This document shows positions 1-13,209 of a stretch of DNA of 64,000 bases, in pieces. The stretch covers positions 186,001 through 250,000 of the forward strand of contig NW_027252702.1 of assembly GCF_044704955.1 (NCBI RefSeq), read 5' to 3'. The notes below the pieces were generated by a model. The model had not been told where the DNA came from. It saw only the letters and a list, made by a program, of their open reading frames with translations, and did not search any database. How positions within the stretch are numbered: the stretch's first letter is position 1; each line of letters opens with the position of its first letter. Source of the DNA: Pristiophorus japonicus (lineage: Eukaryota). Both the position numbers and the translations under genes were made by a program.

Positions 1-3000
1 TGGTCAGGGTTTGGGCAGAGACTGGGCAGGGGCTGGGCAGAGACTGGGCAGAATTTGGGCAGGGGCTGGGCAGAGACTGGGCAGAGACTGGGCCGAGACT
101 GGGCAGGGTTTGGTCAGAGACTGGGCAGGGGCTGGGCAGAGACTGGGCAGGTTTTGGACAGAGGCTGGACAGATATTGGGCCGAGACTGGGCAGGATTTG
201 GGCAGAGACTGGGCAGAGGCTGGGCAAAGATTGGGCAGGGCTTGGGCAGAGGCTGGGCAGAGACTGGGCATCGTTTGGGCAGAGGCTGGGCAGAGACTGG
301 GAAGAGACTGGGCAGGGTTTGGGCAGAGACTGGGCAGTGGCTGGGCAGAGACTGGGCAGGGTTTGGGCAGGGACTGGGCAGAGACTGGGCATGGTTCGGG
401 CAGAGACTGGGCATATGCTGGGCATAGACAGGGCAGTGTTTGGGCAGAGGCTGGGCAGAAGCTGGGTAGAGACTGGGCAGAGACTGGGCAGGGTTAGGGA
501 AGTTACTGGGCAGAGGCTGGGCAGAGATTAGCAGGGTTTGGGCAGAGGCTGGGCAGTGACTGGGCAGTGACTGGGCAGAGGTTGGGCATAGACTGGACAG
601 AGACTGGACAGAGACTGGGCAGAGGTTGGGCATTGACTGGGCAGGGTTTGGGCAGTAACTGGGAAGGGTTAGGGAAGTGACTGGGCATGGTTTGGGCAGA
701 GGCTGGGCAGAGACTGGGCAGAGACTGGGCAGAGACTGTGCAGGCACTTGGCAGAGACTGGGCAGAGACTGGGCAGAGACTGGGCAGAGACTGTGCAGGC
801 GCTTGGCAGAGACTGAGCAGAGACTGGGCAGGGTTAGGGCAGAGGCTGGGCAGAGGCTGGGCAGAGACTGGGCAGAGACTGTGCAGGCACCTCGCAGAGA
901 CTGGGCAGAGACTGGGCAGAGACTGGGCAGAGACTGGCCAGAGACTGTGCAGGCACTTGGCAGAGACTGGGCAGAGACTGGGCAGGGTTAGGGCAGAGGC
1001 TGGGCAGAGGCATGGTGGTGGTGGGGCAGAGGCTGGGCTGAGGCCAGGCAAGGGCTGGACAGATGTTGGGCAGACACTGGGCAAGGGTTGGGAAGAGGTC
1101 GGGCAGAGACTGGGCAGAGGCTGGGCAAGATTTGGGGAGTGACTGGGCAGGGTTTGGGCAGTGACTGGGCAGGGTTGGGCAGAGGCTGGGCAGGGTTTGG
1201 GCAGAGACTGGGCAGAGGCTGGGCAAAGACTGGGCAGGGCTCGGGCAGAGGCTGGGCAGAGACTGGGCATGGTTTGGGCAGAGGCTGGGCAGAGACTGGG
1301 AAGAGAGTGGGCTGGTTTGGGCAGAGGCTGGGCAAAGACTGGGCAGGGCTTGGGCAGAGGCTGGGCAGAGACTGGGCATGGTTTGGGCAGAGGCTGGGCA
1401 GAGACTGGGAAGAGAATGGGCTGGTTTGGGCATAGGCTGGGCAGGGACTGGACAGGGACTGGGCAGAGGCTGGGCAGGGACTGGACAGAGGTTGGGCAGG
1501 GACTGGACAGAGACTGGGCAGAGGCTGGGCAGAGACTGGGCCGAGACTGGGCAGGGTTTGGGCAGAGACTGGGCAGGGGCTGGGCAGAGACTGGGCAGGA
1601 TTTGGGCAGGGGCTGGGCAGAGACTGGGCAGAGACTGGGCCGAGACTGGGCAGGGTTTGGGCAGAGACTGGGCAGTGGCTGGGCAGAGACTGGGCAGGTT
1701 TTGGACAGAGGCTGGACGGAGATTGGGCCGAGACTGGGCAGCGTTTGGGCAGAGACTGGGCAGAGACTGGGCATGGTTTGGGCAGAGGCTGGGCAGAGAC
1801 TGGGAAGAGAATGGGCATGGTTTGGGCAGAGGCTGGGCAGAGACTGGGCAGGGTTTGGGCAGAGACTGGGCAGGGGCTGGGCAGAGACTGGGCAGGGTTT
1901 GGGCAGGGGCTGGGCAGTGACTGGGCATGGTTCGGGCAGAGACTGGGCATATGCTGGGCATAGACAGGGCAGTGTTTGGGCAGAGGCTGGGCATAAGCTG
2001 GGCAGAGGCTGGGCAGAGATTAGCAGGGTTTGGGCAGAGGCTGGGCAGTGACTGGGCAGTGACTGGGCAGAGGTTGGGCATAGACTGGACAGAGACTGGA
2101 CAGAGACTGGGCAGAGTTTGGGCATTGACTGGGCAGGGTTTGGGCAGTCACTGGGAAGGGTTTGGGAAGTGACTGGGCAGGGTTTGGGCAGAGGCTGGGC
2201 AGAGGCTGGGCAGAGACTGGGCAGAGACTGTGCAGGCACTTGGCAGAGACTGGGCAGAGACTGGGCAGAGACTGGGCAGAGACTGTGCAGGCGCTTGGCA
2301 GAGACTGAGCAGAGACTGGGCAGGGTTAGGGCAGAGGCTGGGCAGAGGCTGGGCAGAGACTGGGCAGAGACTGTGCAGGCACCTCGCAGAGACTGGGCAG
2401 AGACTGGGCAGAGACTGGGCAGAGACTGTGCAGGCACTTGGCAGAAACTGGGCAGAGGCAGGGTGGTGGTGGGGCAGAGGCTGGGCTGAGGCCAGGCAAG
2501 GGCTGGACAGATGTTGGGCAGACACTGGGCAGAGGTTGGGAAGAGGTCGGGCAGAGACTGGGCAGAGGCTGGGCAAGATTTGGGCAGTGACTGGGCAGGG
2601 TTAGGGCAGTGACTGGGAAGGGTTTGGGCAGTGACTGGGCAGGGTTGGGCAGAGGCTGGGCAGGGTTTGGGCAGAGGCTGGGCAAAGTCTGGGCAGGGCT
2701 TGGGCAGAGGCTGGGCAAAGAATGGGCAGGGCTTGGGCAGAGGCTGGGCAGAGACTGGGCAGAGACTGGGAAAGGTTTGGGCAGTGACTTTGCAGGATTT
2801 GTTTAGTGACCGGGCAGAGACTGGGCATAGGCTGGACAGGGACTGGACAGAGACTGGGCAGAGGCTCGGCAGAGACTGGGCCGAGACTGGGCAGGGTTTG
2901 GGCAGAGACTGGGCAGGGGCTGGGCAGAGGCTGGGCAGAGACTGGGAAGAGACTGGGCAGGGGCTGGGCAGAGACTGGGCAGGGGCTGGGCATGGTTCGG

Positions 3001-3783
3001 GCAAAGACTGGGCATATGCTGGGCATAGACAGGGCAGTGTTTGGGCAGAGGCTGGGCAGAATCTGGGTAGAGGCTGGGCAGAGACTGGGCAGGGTTAGGG
3101 AAGTTACTGGGCAGAGGCTGGGCAGAGATTAGCAGGGTTTGGGCAGAGGCTGGGCAGTGACTGGGCAGTGACTGGGCAGAGGTTGGGCATAGACTGGACA
3201 GAGACTGGACAGAGACTGGGCAGAGGTTGGGCATTGACTGGGCAGGGTTTGGGCAGTAACTGGGAAGGGTTTGGGAAGTGACTGGGCAGGGTTTGGGCAG
3301 AGACTGGGCAGAGACTGGGCAGAGACTGTGCAGGCACTTGGCAGAGACTGGGCAGAGACTGGGCAGAGACTGGGCAGAGACTGTGCAGGCGCTTGGCAGA
3401 GACTGGGCAGAGACTGGGCAGGGTTAGGGCAGAGGCTGGGCAGAGGCTGGGCAGAGACTGGGCAGAGACTGTGCAGGCACTTGGCAGAGACTGGGCAGAG
3501 ACTGGGCAGGGTTAGGGCAGAGGCTGGGCAGAGGCTGGGCAAGATTTGGGGAGTGACTGGGCAGGGTTAGGGCAGTGACTGGGAAGTGTTTGGGCAGTGA
3601 CTGGGCAGGGTTTGGGCAGAGGCTGGGCAGGGTTTGGGCAGAGACTGGGCAGAGACTGTGCAGGCACCTAGCAGAGACTGGGCAGAGACTGGGCAGAGAC
3701 TGGGCAGAGACTGTGCAGGCACTTGGCAGAGACTGGGCAGAGACTGTGCAGGCGCTTGGCAGAGACTGGGCAGAGACTGGGCA
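1..3783 (+). repeat. G-rich satellite, 11-bp unit (GGGCAGAGACT and variants), runs off the left edge
   Basis: Continuous array of actgggcagag/gctgggcagag/tttgggcag units. The many long Pro/Cys/Ser or Gly/Trp ORFs here are repeat artefacts. Confidence 0.95.
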
Positions 3784-4335
3784 ATTGCCTGTATCAATCA
3801 CAACCTGATCTCACTGCCCGGCTCTCAACACATAGCTCTGTATCAATACCAAGCTATTAATAATGCCCCGGCCTGTCCCCATAGCAACGTATGAATCACA
3901 AAATAGACAAATTGCCCGCTCTCTAGCCTTGATCTGTATCAGTCACAAACTAATGCCACTGTTACAATCTTTACCCATAGTTCGGAATCAATACCATACC
4001 AATCCCACTGCCACGCTCTTTCCCCATAGTCCTACTTCCATCCCAAGCCAAAACTTTAGCCAGGCACTATCCCCATATACCCGTGTCAATCGAAAAGTAA
4101 TCCACTGCCACTCTCTCCCAATATCACAGCTCCATTCATAATCGTATCCTAGTAACTCTTTCTCTCATCACAGCGCACTATCACACTGCATACCCTGTTG
4201 TACTGTATCAATTCCAACCTATATCAAAAGTAGCCGAACTTTCTCCATTGCCATGTTTAAATCCCAAACTAATCCCTTTCGCCCACTCTATACATTATTA
4301 GGCTGCTTCAATCCTAAACCAATCCCACTGTCCTG
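3784..4335. repeat. Degenerate ~48-49-bp tandem repeat (tgtatcaatc...aatcccactgcc...ccccatag)
   Basis: tgtatcaat-like motif recurs at ~3790, 3839, 3888, 3934 and 3983. The same unit reappears at ~10790-11165. Confidence 0.65.
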
Positions 4336-4639
4336 CTTTCTTCAGAGCGTCATGTACTGTACTCAGCAATAATTTAACTTAATACAGGACCAATATATCC
4401 CCAGAAGGGAAAATAGCTCTACTTAACAAACACAACAGCTATAGTCAGCGAAAGACGTGAGAGTTAACATAAAACTAAAGGAAAGAGCCAATAAAGATAC
4501 AAACAATGGATACAATCCAGGGGACTGGGGGCGATATGAAGAACAGCAAAGCACGACCAAAAAGATCACACGGGCTCCAAAAACTCAAAATGAAAAAAAA
4601 GTGTCAGGGATATTAAGATTAACACAAACAGTTTTTACA

Positions 4640-6090
4640 TTACAATAAGAAAAGAGTTAATGAAATATGTTGTGGGCCCTTTCAAATACAGATGGGGTAA
4701 TATTACAAATGGAAATTCGGTAATGACAGACTAGTTGAATAATTTCTTTGTGTCAGTCTTTACAATAGAGAACGAGGTGAATTTATCCGACATTTTAGGG
4801 ACATTAGTAATGAATCAAGGACTGGATCTGACTAAAGGAAAGGCAAGCAAGGAAACGGTAGTTACAAAAAATAATGCCACTAAAGTTTGACACATCCCCA
4901 GCAACTAATATTTTGCAGCCCATGGTTATAAAAGAATAGGTGAATACATTTCAGATGCTTTGATTATAATCTTCCAAAGCATTCTCCAGTGAGGAATTGA
5001 CCTTTAGTTCGGAAAATTTTAACTGTGATTTTTATTTAAGAAACTTGACACCAAAAAAACTCAGTAAATTATAGGCCTGTGAGACTAACATCTGAAATGT
5101 GAGAGTTATTGCAACCTATATTGAAAGAAAGAGTATCCGAGCACTTAGAGAAATTTGGACTGATTCTAGAGAGCCGAAATTGATTTGTAAATGGTAGGTC
5201 ATGTTTAGCAAAATAAATTGAAATTTGAGGAAGCAACTAAAGTAGTTGACAAGGGAATGCCTTTGAAAGTAATTTTAATGAACTTCCAAAATGCATTCTT
5301 AAAGGTTCCACATAAGAGACTATTAGCTAAAATTTAACCACATTCAGTTGAAGGAATTATATTGATTTGGCGATAGAAGACTGAGTGTATGGATAATGGG
5401 GATTTACTCACATTGGAATGAAGTGACTTCGGGTGTTCCACAAGTATCTGTGCTGCGGTCTCAACTATTTGCTGTATTTATCAATGATTACCGAACACTA
5501 TTGGGTGCCATGTATCCAGGTATTTCGAAGGCACAACGATTGGCGGCATAGTCAGTCGGTTCGACAGGAGCACAGCATCACAAAGTGAGATTGATAGATT
5601 AAGTGAGTGAGCAGAACTCTGGAAGGGGAATTTTATTGCAGGTAAGTGTGTGGTCATCCATTTTGGATAGATCCGAGTCTAACGGAAATGGTGAGAGTGT
5701 AGGAACAATGGCGGTACAAAGAGATTAAGTTTCCAAGTGCAGATCAGGAAAATGCAGTAATGGTGCAAAAAAATAATCAGCACTGTTAAAGGAATTGTAG
5801 CGGTTGTAAGTAAAGGGCTGTAATATAAATTAGAGCAAGTTTTGCTACAATTATACAAACCCTGCTTATACCACCTGGAGCGCAGTGTACATTTCTCAGC
5901 ACTGCACATTAGAAACTATATCTAGCCTTGGAAGGAGTGCAGCCCAGATTTGCCAACTGTTACCAGACCTCCAAGGCTTAGATTTTGAAGAGATATTATA
6001 TAAATTAGACTTGTATTCCCTGGAAGGGACAGTGTTTTGTGGTGATTTAATTTAAGTTTTAGGGATTTTGAAAATAATTGATAGGGTCGA
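4640..6090 (+). mobile_element. Highly decayed CR1 LINE ORF2 (reverse transcriptase) fragment
   Basis: Degenerate CR1 RT DNA motifs (aattataggcctgtgag, ggtgttccacaagtatctgtgctg = GVPQGSVL-like) with many stops. Confidence 0.75.
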
Positions 6091-6099
6091 CAGAGATAA

Positions 6100-7330
6100 A
6101 CACAGGAACAGGAGTAGGCCAATCAGCCCCTCAAGCCTGTTCCGCCATTCAGTGAGACCATGGTTCACCTGCGACTTAACTCCATATATCTGCCTTTTGC
6201 GTGGATCCCGTAATGTCTTTGGTTAAGAAAATACTATCAATCACTGATTTAAAATTAACAATTGATCTAGCATCAATTGCCATTTGCAGAAGAGAGTTCA
6301 ACACGTCTGCCAACCTCTGTGCATAGAAGTGTTTCCTAATTTCACTCCTGAAAGATCTGACTAATTTTTCGACTATGCCACTTGTACTCGACTTGCTAAT
6401 CAGACGAAACAGATTCTCTCTATCTACCCTATCAGTTACCTTAGATATCCTGAAAAGCTCGATCAGATAACACATTAATCTTCTATATTCAAGGGTATAA
6501 AACCCTAATTTGTGTAATCTTTCCTCTTAACTTAACCTTTGAATTCTGGTACCATTCTAGTAAAACTTTGTTGCACTCCCTCCAGTGTCAATATATCCTT
6601 GTGGTGCCCAGAAGTGGTCACAGTACTCCAGGTGTGGTCTAACCTGGGTTTTATACAGCTGCAGCATAACTTCTACTTCCTTTGCTTCTAGGTCTCTAGA
6701 TATAAAGTCCAGCATTCATTTAGACTTTTTTGATTATTTTCCGTACCTTTTCATGATATTGTCCAACCAGGACTCTTTTGACCTCCGCTTTGCACAATTA
6801 ACTTTGCACCACCTCGGAGATTCCCTGTTCAATGCTTTTGATGACGTCACAGTTGCCTACATTGAAATCCATTTGCCACAGTTCTGCCCATTCACTTAAT
6901 CTATCGATATCGCTTTGTAATTTTATGCTTTCATCTACACTGCCTGCAATGCCACTGATTTTTGTGTCATCTGCAAATTTTGATAAATGAATTGCTATGC
7001 CATTATCTAAGTCGTTAATAAATACTGTGAGTCGTCGAGGCCCCAACACAGATCCCTGTGGGACACCAGTAGTCAAATCCTACGAATTTGATTACCCACC
7101 CGTTATCCCTAAACTTTGTCTCCTGTGGCTCAGACAGATTCCTAACCAGTTACATAATTTGCCGTCAATTCCTTGGGCTTCTACCTTAGTTACCATTTTC
7201 TTATGTTGGACTGTATCAAATGCCTTCTGCAATTCCATATAACTAAGATGCAATGACATTCCCCTGGCCAATACTTTAGTCACATCTTAAAAAAATTCAT
7301 TCAGTTTTGTCAGGCATGAACTAAATTTTA
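6100..7330 (-). mobile_element. CR1 LINE 3' fragment (RT to 3' UTR)
   Basis: ORF 6798-7076 has [10 protein letters not shown]...SKFADDTK; ORF 7092-7283 has QKAFDTV; CR1 3' hairpin ggagtaggcc...gcccctcaagcctg near 6110. Confidence 0.85.
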
Positions 7331-7396
7331 TAAAATCTTGGCCTTTATTACAAAGGGGATGCAGTATAAAAACAGGGAAGTCTTGCTACAGCTATG

Positions 7397-10300
7397 CCTT
7401 AAGACTCTGTGCCTCAATGCGAGGAGTATTCGTAATAAGGTGGCTGAATTAACTGCTCAGGCAGCAATTAATGAATATAGTATAATTGGCATCACGGAGA
7501 CATGGCTCCCGGGTGACCAAAGCTGGGAACTCAACATCCAGGGGGATTCAACATTCAGGAAGGATAGACTGAAAGGAAAAGGATGTGGGGTAGCGCTGCT
7601 TGTTAAATAGGAAATTAATGCAATAGTAAAGAAGGACATTAGCTTGGATGATGTGGAATCTGTATGGGTGAAACTGCGGAATACCAAAGTGCAGAAAACG
7701 CTAGTGGCAGTTGTGTGCAGACCACCAAACAGTAGTAGTGAGGTTGGGGACAGCATCAATCAAGAAATTAGGGATGCGTGCAATAAAGGTACAGCAGTTA
7801 TCATGGGCGACTTTAATCTACATATAGATTGGGCTATCCAAACTGGTAGCAATATGCTGGAGGAGGATTTCCTGGAGTGTATTAGGGATGGATTTCTAGA
7901 CCAATATGTTGAGGAATCAACTAGAGTCTGGCCATCCTAGACTGGGTGATGTGTAATGAGAAAGGACTAATTAGCAATCTTGTTGTGCGAGTCCGCTGGG
8001 GAACAATATGCTAGATATATTTATTAAAATTGAGATTGACACAGTTAATTCAGAGACTAGGGTCCTGAATTTAAGGAAAGGTAACTTCGATGGCATGAGG
8101 CATGAATTGGCTAGAATAGACTGGCCAATGATATTTAAACGGTTGATGGTGGATAGGCAATGGCAAACATTTAAAGATCACAGTGATGAACTTCAAAAAT
8201 TGTACATCACTGTTTGGAGTAAAAATAAAACGGGGCTCAACCGTGGCTAACAAGAGAAATTAAGGATATTGCTAAAGTCCAAGAAAGAGGTTTATAAATT
8301 GGCCAGAACAAGCAGCAAACCTGAGAAATGGGAGAAATTTAGAATTCTGTAGAGGAGGACAAAGGGTTTAATTAGGAGGGGTGAAATAGCGTATGAGAGG
8401 AAGCTTGCTGGGAACATACAAACAGACTGCAAAAGCGTCTATAGATATGTGAAGAGAAAAAGATTAGTGAAGGCAAACGTAGGTCCCTTGCAGTCAGATT
8501 CAGGTGAACTGATAATGGGGAACAAAGAAATGGTAGACCAGTTGAACAAATACTTTCTATGTTTCTATATTCAGAAAGGAAGTGGATGTAGTCCTTCCTA
8601 CTAGGAGGATCAAGGCGTATGGTGAGAAAGCAGGAATGGGGTACTGATGTTGCATATTCAGCCATGAATTCATTGAATGGCAGTGCAGGCTCGAAGGGCC
8701 AAATGGCCTACTCCTGCACCTATTTTCTATGTTTCTATGTTTCTATGTTCTGGCTTCATGAAGGAAGACACAAATAACCTTCTGCAATTGCTAGGGGACC
8801 AAGGGTCTAGTGAAAAGGAGGAACTGAAGGAAATCACTATTCGGTGGAAAACTGTGTTAGGGAAATTGATGGGATTGAAGGCCGATAAATCCCTGGGGCC
8901 TGAAAGACTGCTTCCCAGAGTACTTAACGAAGTGGCCTAGAAATACTGGATGCATTGATGATCATTTTCCAACAGTTTATTGACTCTGGATCAGTTCCTA
9001 TAGACTGGAGGGTAGCTAATGTAGCACCACTATTTAAAAAGAAGGGCGAGAGAAAACGGATAATTATAGACCGGTTAGCCTGACATCAGTAGTGGGGAAA
9101 AAGTTGCAATCAATTATTAAAGATTAAATAGCAGTGCATTTGGAAAGCAGTGATATGATCGGTCCAAGTCAGCATGGATTTATGGAAGGGAAATCATGCT
9201 TGATAAAACTTCTGGAATTTTTTGAGGATGTAACTGGTAGAGTGGACAAGGGAGAACCAGTGGATGTGGTGTATTTGGATTTCAGAAGGCTTTTGACAAG
9301 ATACCACCCAAGAGATTAGTGTGCAAAATTGAAGCACATGGTATTGGGCATAATGTACTGACGTGGATAGAGAACTGGTTGGCAGACAGGAAGCAGAGAG
9401 TCGGGATAAACGGGTCCTTTTCAGAATGGCAGGCAGTGACTAGTGGAGTGCCGCAAGGCTCAGTGCTGGGACCCCAGCTCTTTACAATATACATTAATGA
9501 TTTAGATGAGGGAATTGCATGTAATATCTCCAAGTTTGCAGATGACACTAAGCTGGTTGGCGGTGTGAGCTGTGAGGAGGAAGGTAAGAGACTGCAGGGT
9601 GAATTGGAGGTTAGGTGCGTGGGCAAATACATGGCAGATACAGAATAATGTGGATAAATGTGAGGTTATTAATTTTGATGGCAAAAACAGGAAGACAGAA
9701 TATTATCTGAATGGTGACAGATTAGGAAAAGGGGAGGTGCAACGAGACCTGGGTGTCATGGTACATCAGTCATTGAAAGTTGGCATGCAAGTACAGCAGG
9801 TGAAGAAGGCAAATGGTATGTTGTTCTTCATAGCGACAGGATTTGAGTATAGGAACAGGGAGGTCTTACTGCAGTTGTACAGGGCCTTGGTGAGGCCTCA
9901 CCTGGAATATTGTGTTCAGTTTTGGTCTCCTAATCTGAGAAAGGACGTTCTTGCTATTCAGGGACTGCAGCGAACGTTCACCAGACTGATTCCCGGGATG
10001 GCTCGACTGACATATGAGGAGAGACTGGATCGACTGGGTCTGTATTCACTGGAAGTTAGAAGGATGAGAGGGGATCTCATAGAAACATAAGGTTCTGACG
10101 GGACGGGACAGGTTAGATGCAGGAAGAATGTTCCCGATGTTGGGGAAGTCCAGATCCGGGGGACACAGTCTAAGGATAAAGGGTAAGCCATTTAGGACCG
10201 AGATGAGGAGAAACTTCTTCACTCAGAGAGTTGTTAATCTGTGAAATTCCAGAGAGTTGTTGATGCCAGTTCATTGGATATATACAAGAGGGAGTTAGAT

Positions 10301-10456
10301 GTGGCCCTTACAGCTAAAGGGATCAAGGGGTATGGAGAGAAAGCAGGAAAGGGGTACTGAGGGAACGCTTAGCCATGATCTTATTGAATAGTGGTACTGG
10401 CTCGAAGTGCCGAATGGCTTACTCCAGCACCTATTTTCTATGTTTCTATGTTTCTA
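7397..10456 (+). mobile_element. 5'-truncated CR1 LINE ORF2 (APE endonuclease + RT), frameshifted, nested inside another CR1
   Basis: [39 protein letters not shown] and RPHLEYCVQFW motifs; ends in a (TTTCTATG)n tail at ~10435-10456. Confidence 0.92.
8553..8748 (+). mobile_element. Short CR1 3'-end insertion nested within the 7397-10456 element
   Basis: Interrupts gaacaaatact|...ttctggcttcatgaaggaagac; carries a CR1 3' UTR and tttctatg tail. Confidence 0.8.
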
Positions 10457-10785
10457 TACAGGGTATTGGTGATGCCACACCTGGAATACTGCGTGCAGTT
10501 TTGGTTTCCATATTTATGCTTCGGACACTAATCAGAGAAGGTTCACTAGGTTTATTCCGGAGATGAGGGAGTTGACTGATGAGGAAAGGTTGAGCAGGTT
10601 AGGCCTATACTCATTGCAATTCAGAAGAATGAGAAGTGATCTTATCGAAAAGTATAAGATTATGAGGGGGCTCGACAAGTTGGATGCAGAGTGGATGTTT
10701 CCACTGATTGGGGAGACTAGAACTAGAGGGCATGATCTTGGAATAAGAGGCCGCCCATTAATAACTGAGATAAGGAGGAATGTCT
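10457..10785 (+). mobile_element. Right half of the host CR1 fragment (left half at 7338-7396)
   Basis: gtcttgctacagcta (7380) rejoins tacagggtattggtg (10457), as in the uninterrupted copy at ~50270. Confidence 0.8.
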
Positions 10786-10789
10786 GTCC

Positions 10790-11165
10790 AAACTTAACAC
10801 CACAACCACACATTATCCCCAGCTATCTGTATGGATCAAAAATTAATCCCACTGCCCATTCCCTCCCCATAGACCTGCTCCTTTGCAAAAGAAATCCCAC
10901 CACCCAGCTATCGGGATATAGCAGTAAAATGCCAACCTTATCCCACCGCCCCGCTCTCCACCAATAACCAACTAGCTCAGTACGAACACAAGTGCATTAC
11001 TCTCTGTCCATAGCCCTGCATCAATTCAGGACGAGACGAACTGCTCACTCTCTCCATATTTCCCGCTAGCAATCCTAAATTAATCCCAATGACCAGCTCT
11101 CGCTCCATAGTCTTTATCAATCTAAAACCAATCGCACTGCTACTCCCTTTCAATATCACAAACCA
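10790..11165. repeat. Second block of the degenerate ~49-bp tandem repeat
   Basis: aatcccactgcc...ctctccccatag-like units as in 3784-4335. Confidence 0.55.
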
Positions 11166-11167
11166 AT

Positions 11168-12470
11168 AACATAAGAACATAGAGCGGAGCAGGAGGAGGC
11201 CACCTTGCTCCTCGAGCCTTCTCCTCCATTTAATAATATTATGGCTGATCTGATCATGGACTCAGCTCCACTTCCCTGCAGCTCCCCATAACCCCCTATT
11301 CCCTTGTTGCTCAAAAATCTGCAGTGGAGGCTGTGTCATTGAATATATTTATTGCGAGGATGGACAGATTTTTGTGCGATAACATCGTGGTCCTAGCACT
11401 GACCATTCGGGAACACCACTGTCGCCCATCCATGTGTCTGAAAAACAACCATTTATCAAGCTTCCGCTCATTTAGTCCAGTTTATTATCCAAGCTAACAC
11501 TGACCCTCATATTCCATGAGCCTCAATTGCATTAACCGGCCCTTTATGTGATACTTTGTCAAACACCTTCTTCAAATCCGTATAAGACAACATCCGTTGC
11601 ATTCACTTCACCAACCTCTTCTGTTAATTCTTCAAAAATTCAATTAGATTAGTCACACACGATCTGTCTTTTACAAATCCGTGCTGGCTCTCCGTAATTA
11701 ACATAAACCTCTCCAAGTGCCTGCTAATTTTTTTTTCTGATTTGTAAAACCTTACCCACCACTGACCGGTGTGCAGTTATTAGAATTGTCCTTAAACCCT
11801 TTCTTGAATATGTGCATAATATTTGTCACTTTGCAATGCTCTGGCACCTCCCCTGTATCGAGGGAAATTGGACAATTATAGGAAGCCCTTCCCCTATTTC
11901 CACCCTCACTTCACTTATCAACCTGGGATGCAAGCCATCCGGACCAGGTGACTTATCCATTCCAAGCAGATCCAGCCTTTCCCATACATCCTGCCTATCA
12001 TTTTTTACCGCATCCATTACCTCTACCATCTCCGCTTCTACCGATAGTTTGTCAGCAGCCCATTAAATAGCAAACACTGATAATCATCAAGTATTCTAGC
12101 CTTGCCTTCCGCCTCTAAGCATGCATTTCCTTCTTTGTCCCTAATTGGCCCTGTCCTGCCTCTTATTACCCGCTTACTAATTACATGCCAGTAGAAGATT
12201 TTTGGGTTCCCTTTTATGTTAGCTGCCATTCTAATCCTCACTCAGAGGACGGTGAATCTTTGGAATTCTCTACCTCAGAGGGCTATGGATGTTCGAGTGT
12301 ATTCAAGACAGAGATCGATAGATTTCTGGATATTGATGAAATCTAGGGATATGGGGATAGTGTAGGCAAGCGGAGCTAAGGTAGAATATCAGCCAGGATC
12401 TTATTGAGTGGCCGAGCAGGTTCGGGGTGTCAAATGGCCTAATTTTGATCCTAATTCTTATTTTCTTATG
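11168..12470. mobile_element. Mosaic of CR1 fragments (minus-strand 3' end and RT piece; plus-strand 3' end)
   Basis: acataagaacatag tail; minus-strand ORFs with KSPGPDGLHPR and NPKIFYWHV; plus-strand 3' UTR at 12240-12470. Confidence 0.75.
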
Positions 12471-13209
12471 TCACCTCGTACAACTGCATCATCCCAAAAC
12501 ATTCATTCCTGATATGAAATGTACCCGCTGGTCAATTGCGAGTCCGATGAAAATATTTTGTGGTACATTTTCTTTCGTACCGCACGGGCATCAATTACAG
12601 CGGGGAGCAGGCGGGGAAATGTTCCTGTCGGTAGCTAAACCAGCCAGAGTTTCATTTAATTCATTCATATTAACTTAAAATGTGATGGAACCGGTAAAGG
12701 ATGGTCCAACTTCCTAGCATAATATTCCACTCCGAGCAAGGCTCCGGGTTTATTTTACACCCAGGAGGTAGAGACTGAAGTGGATCTCATTGATGTAACA
12801 TGTAATAATCTGTCCACAATGTAACAGAGTGAAATGTAGTCAGTGACTGGGCTGGATGGATTTAGACTGAAAGCGATGTGCTGTGTGGGGCCGAATGGAC
12901 TTTGAGCATCCTCCCCCACCCCTGTTGGCTTGTGTGGTCTTGCATAAAGCAAGAGTATAACGCGAGAAAGAGCCACAGTGGCTATCTGTCTGCATCTTAG
13001 AGAAGCAATCAGGAAACGGATACAAACACAAGTTGCATTAACTCGAACACACTAAATGTGCGGCCCTCCACTCACACACTGACTGTGCTGGAGCAGCTTG
13101 CTCTACACTCTGCTGGACAAGATTGCTGAGATTAAAAATCAGGCGGGGATGCTGAAGCTGGGGAAACCTGTCATTTACTTGGCTTTTTAATTTTTCTTGA
13201 ACTGAGGTG

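Noticed and set aside
503-3004. 833-aa Pro/Cys/Ser-rich ORF and many overlapping ORFs
   Set aside because: Open in several frames on both strands because the 11-bp unit lacks stop codons; a satellite artefact.
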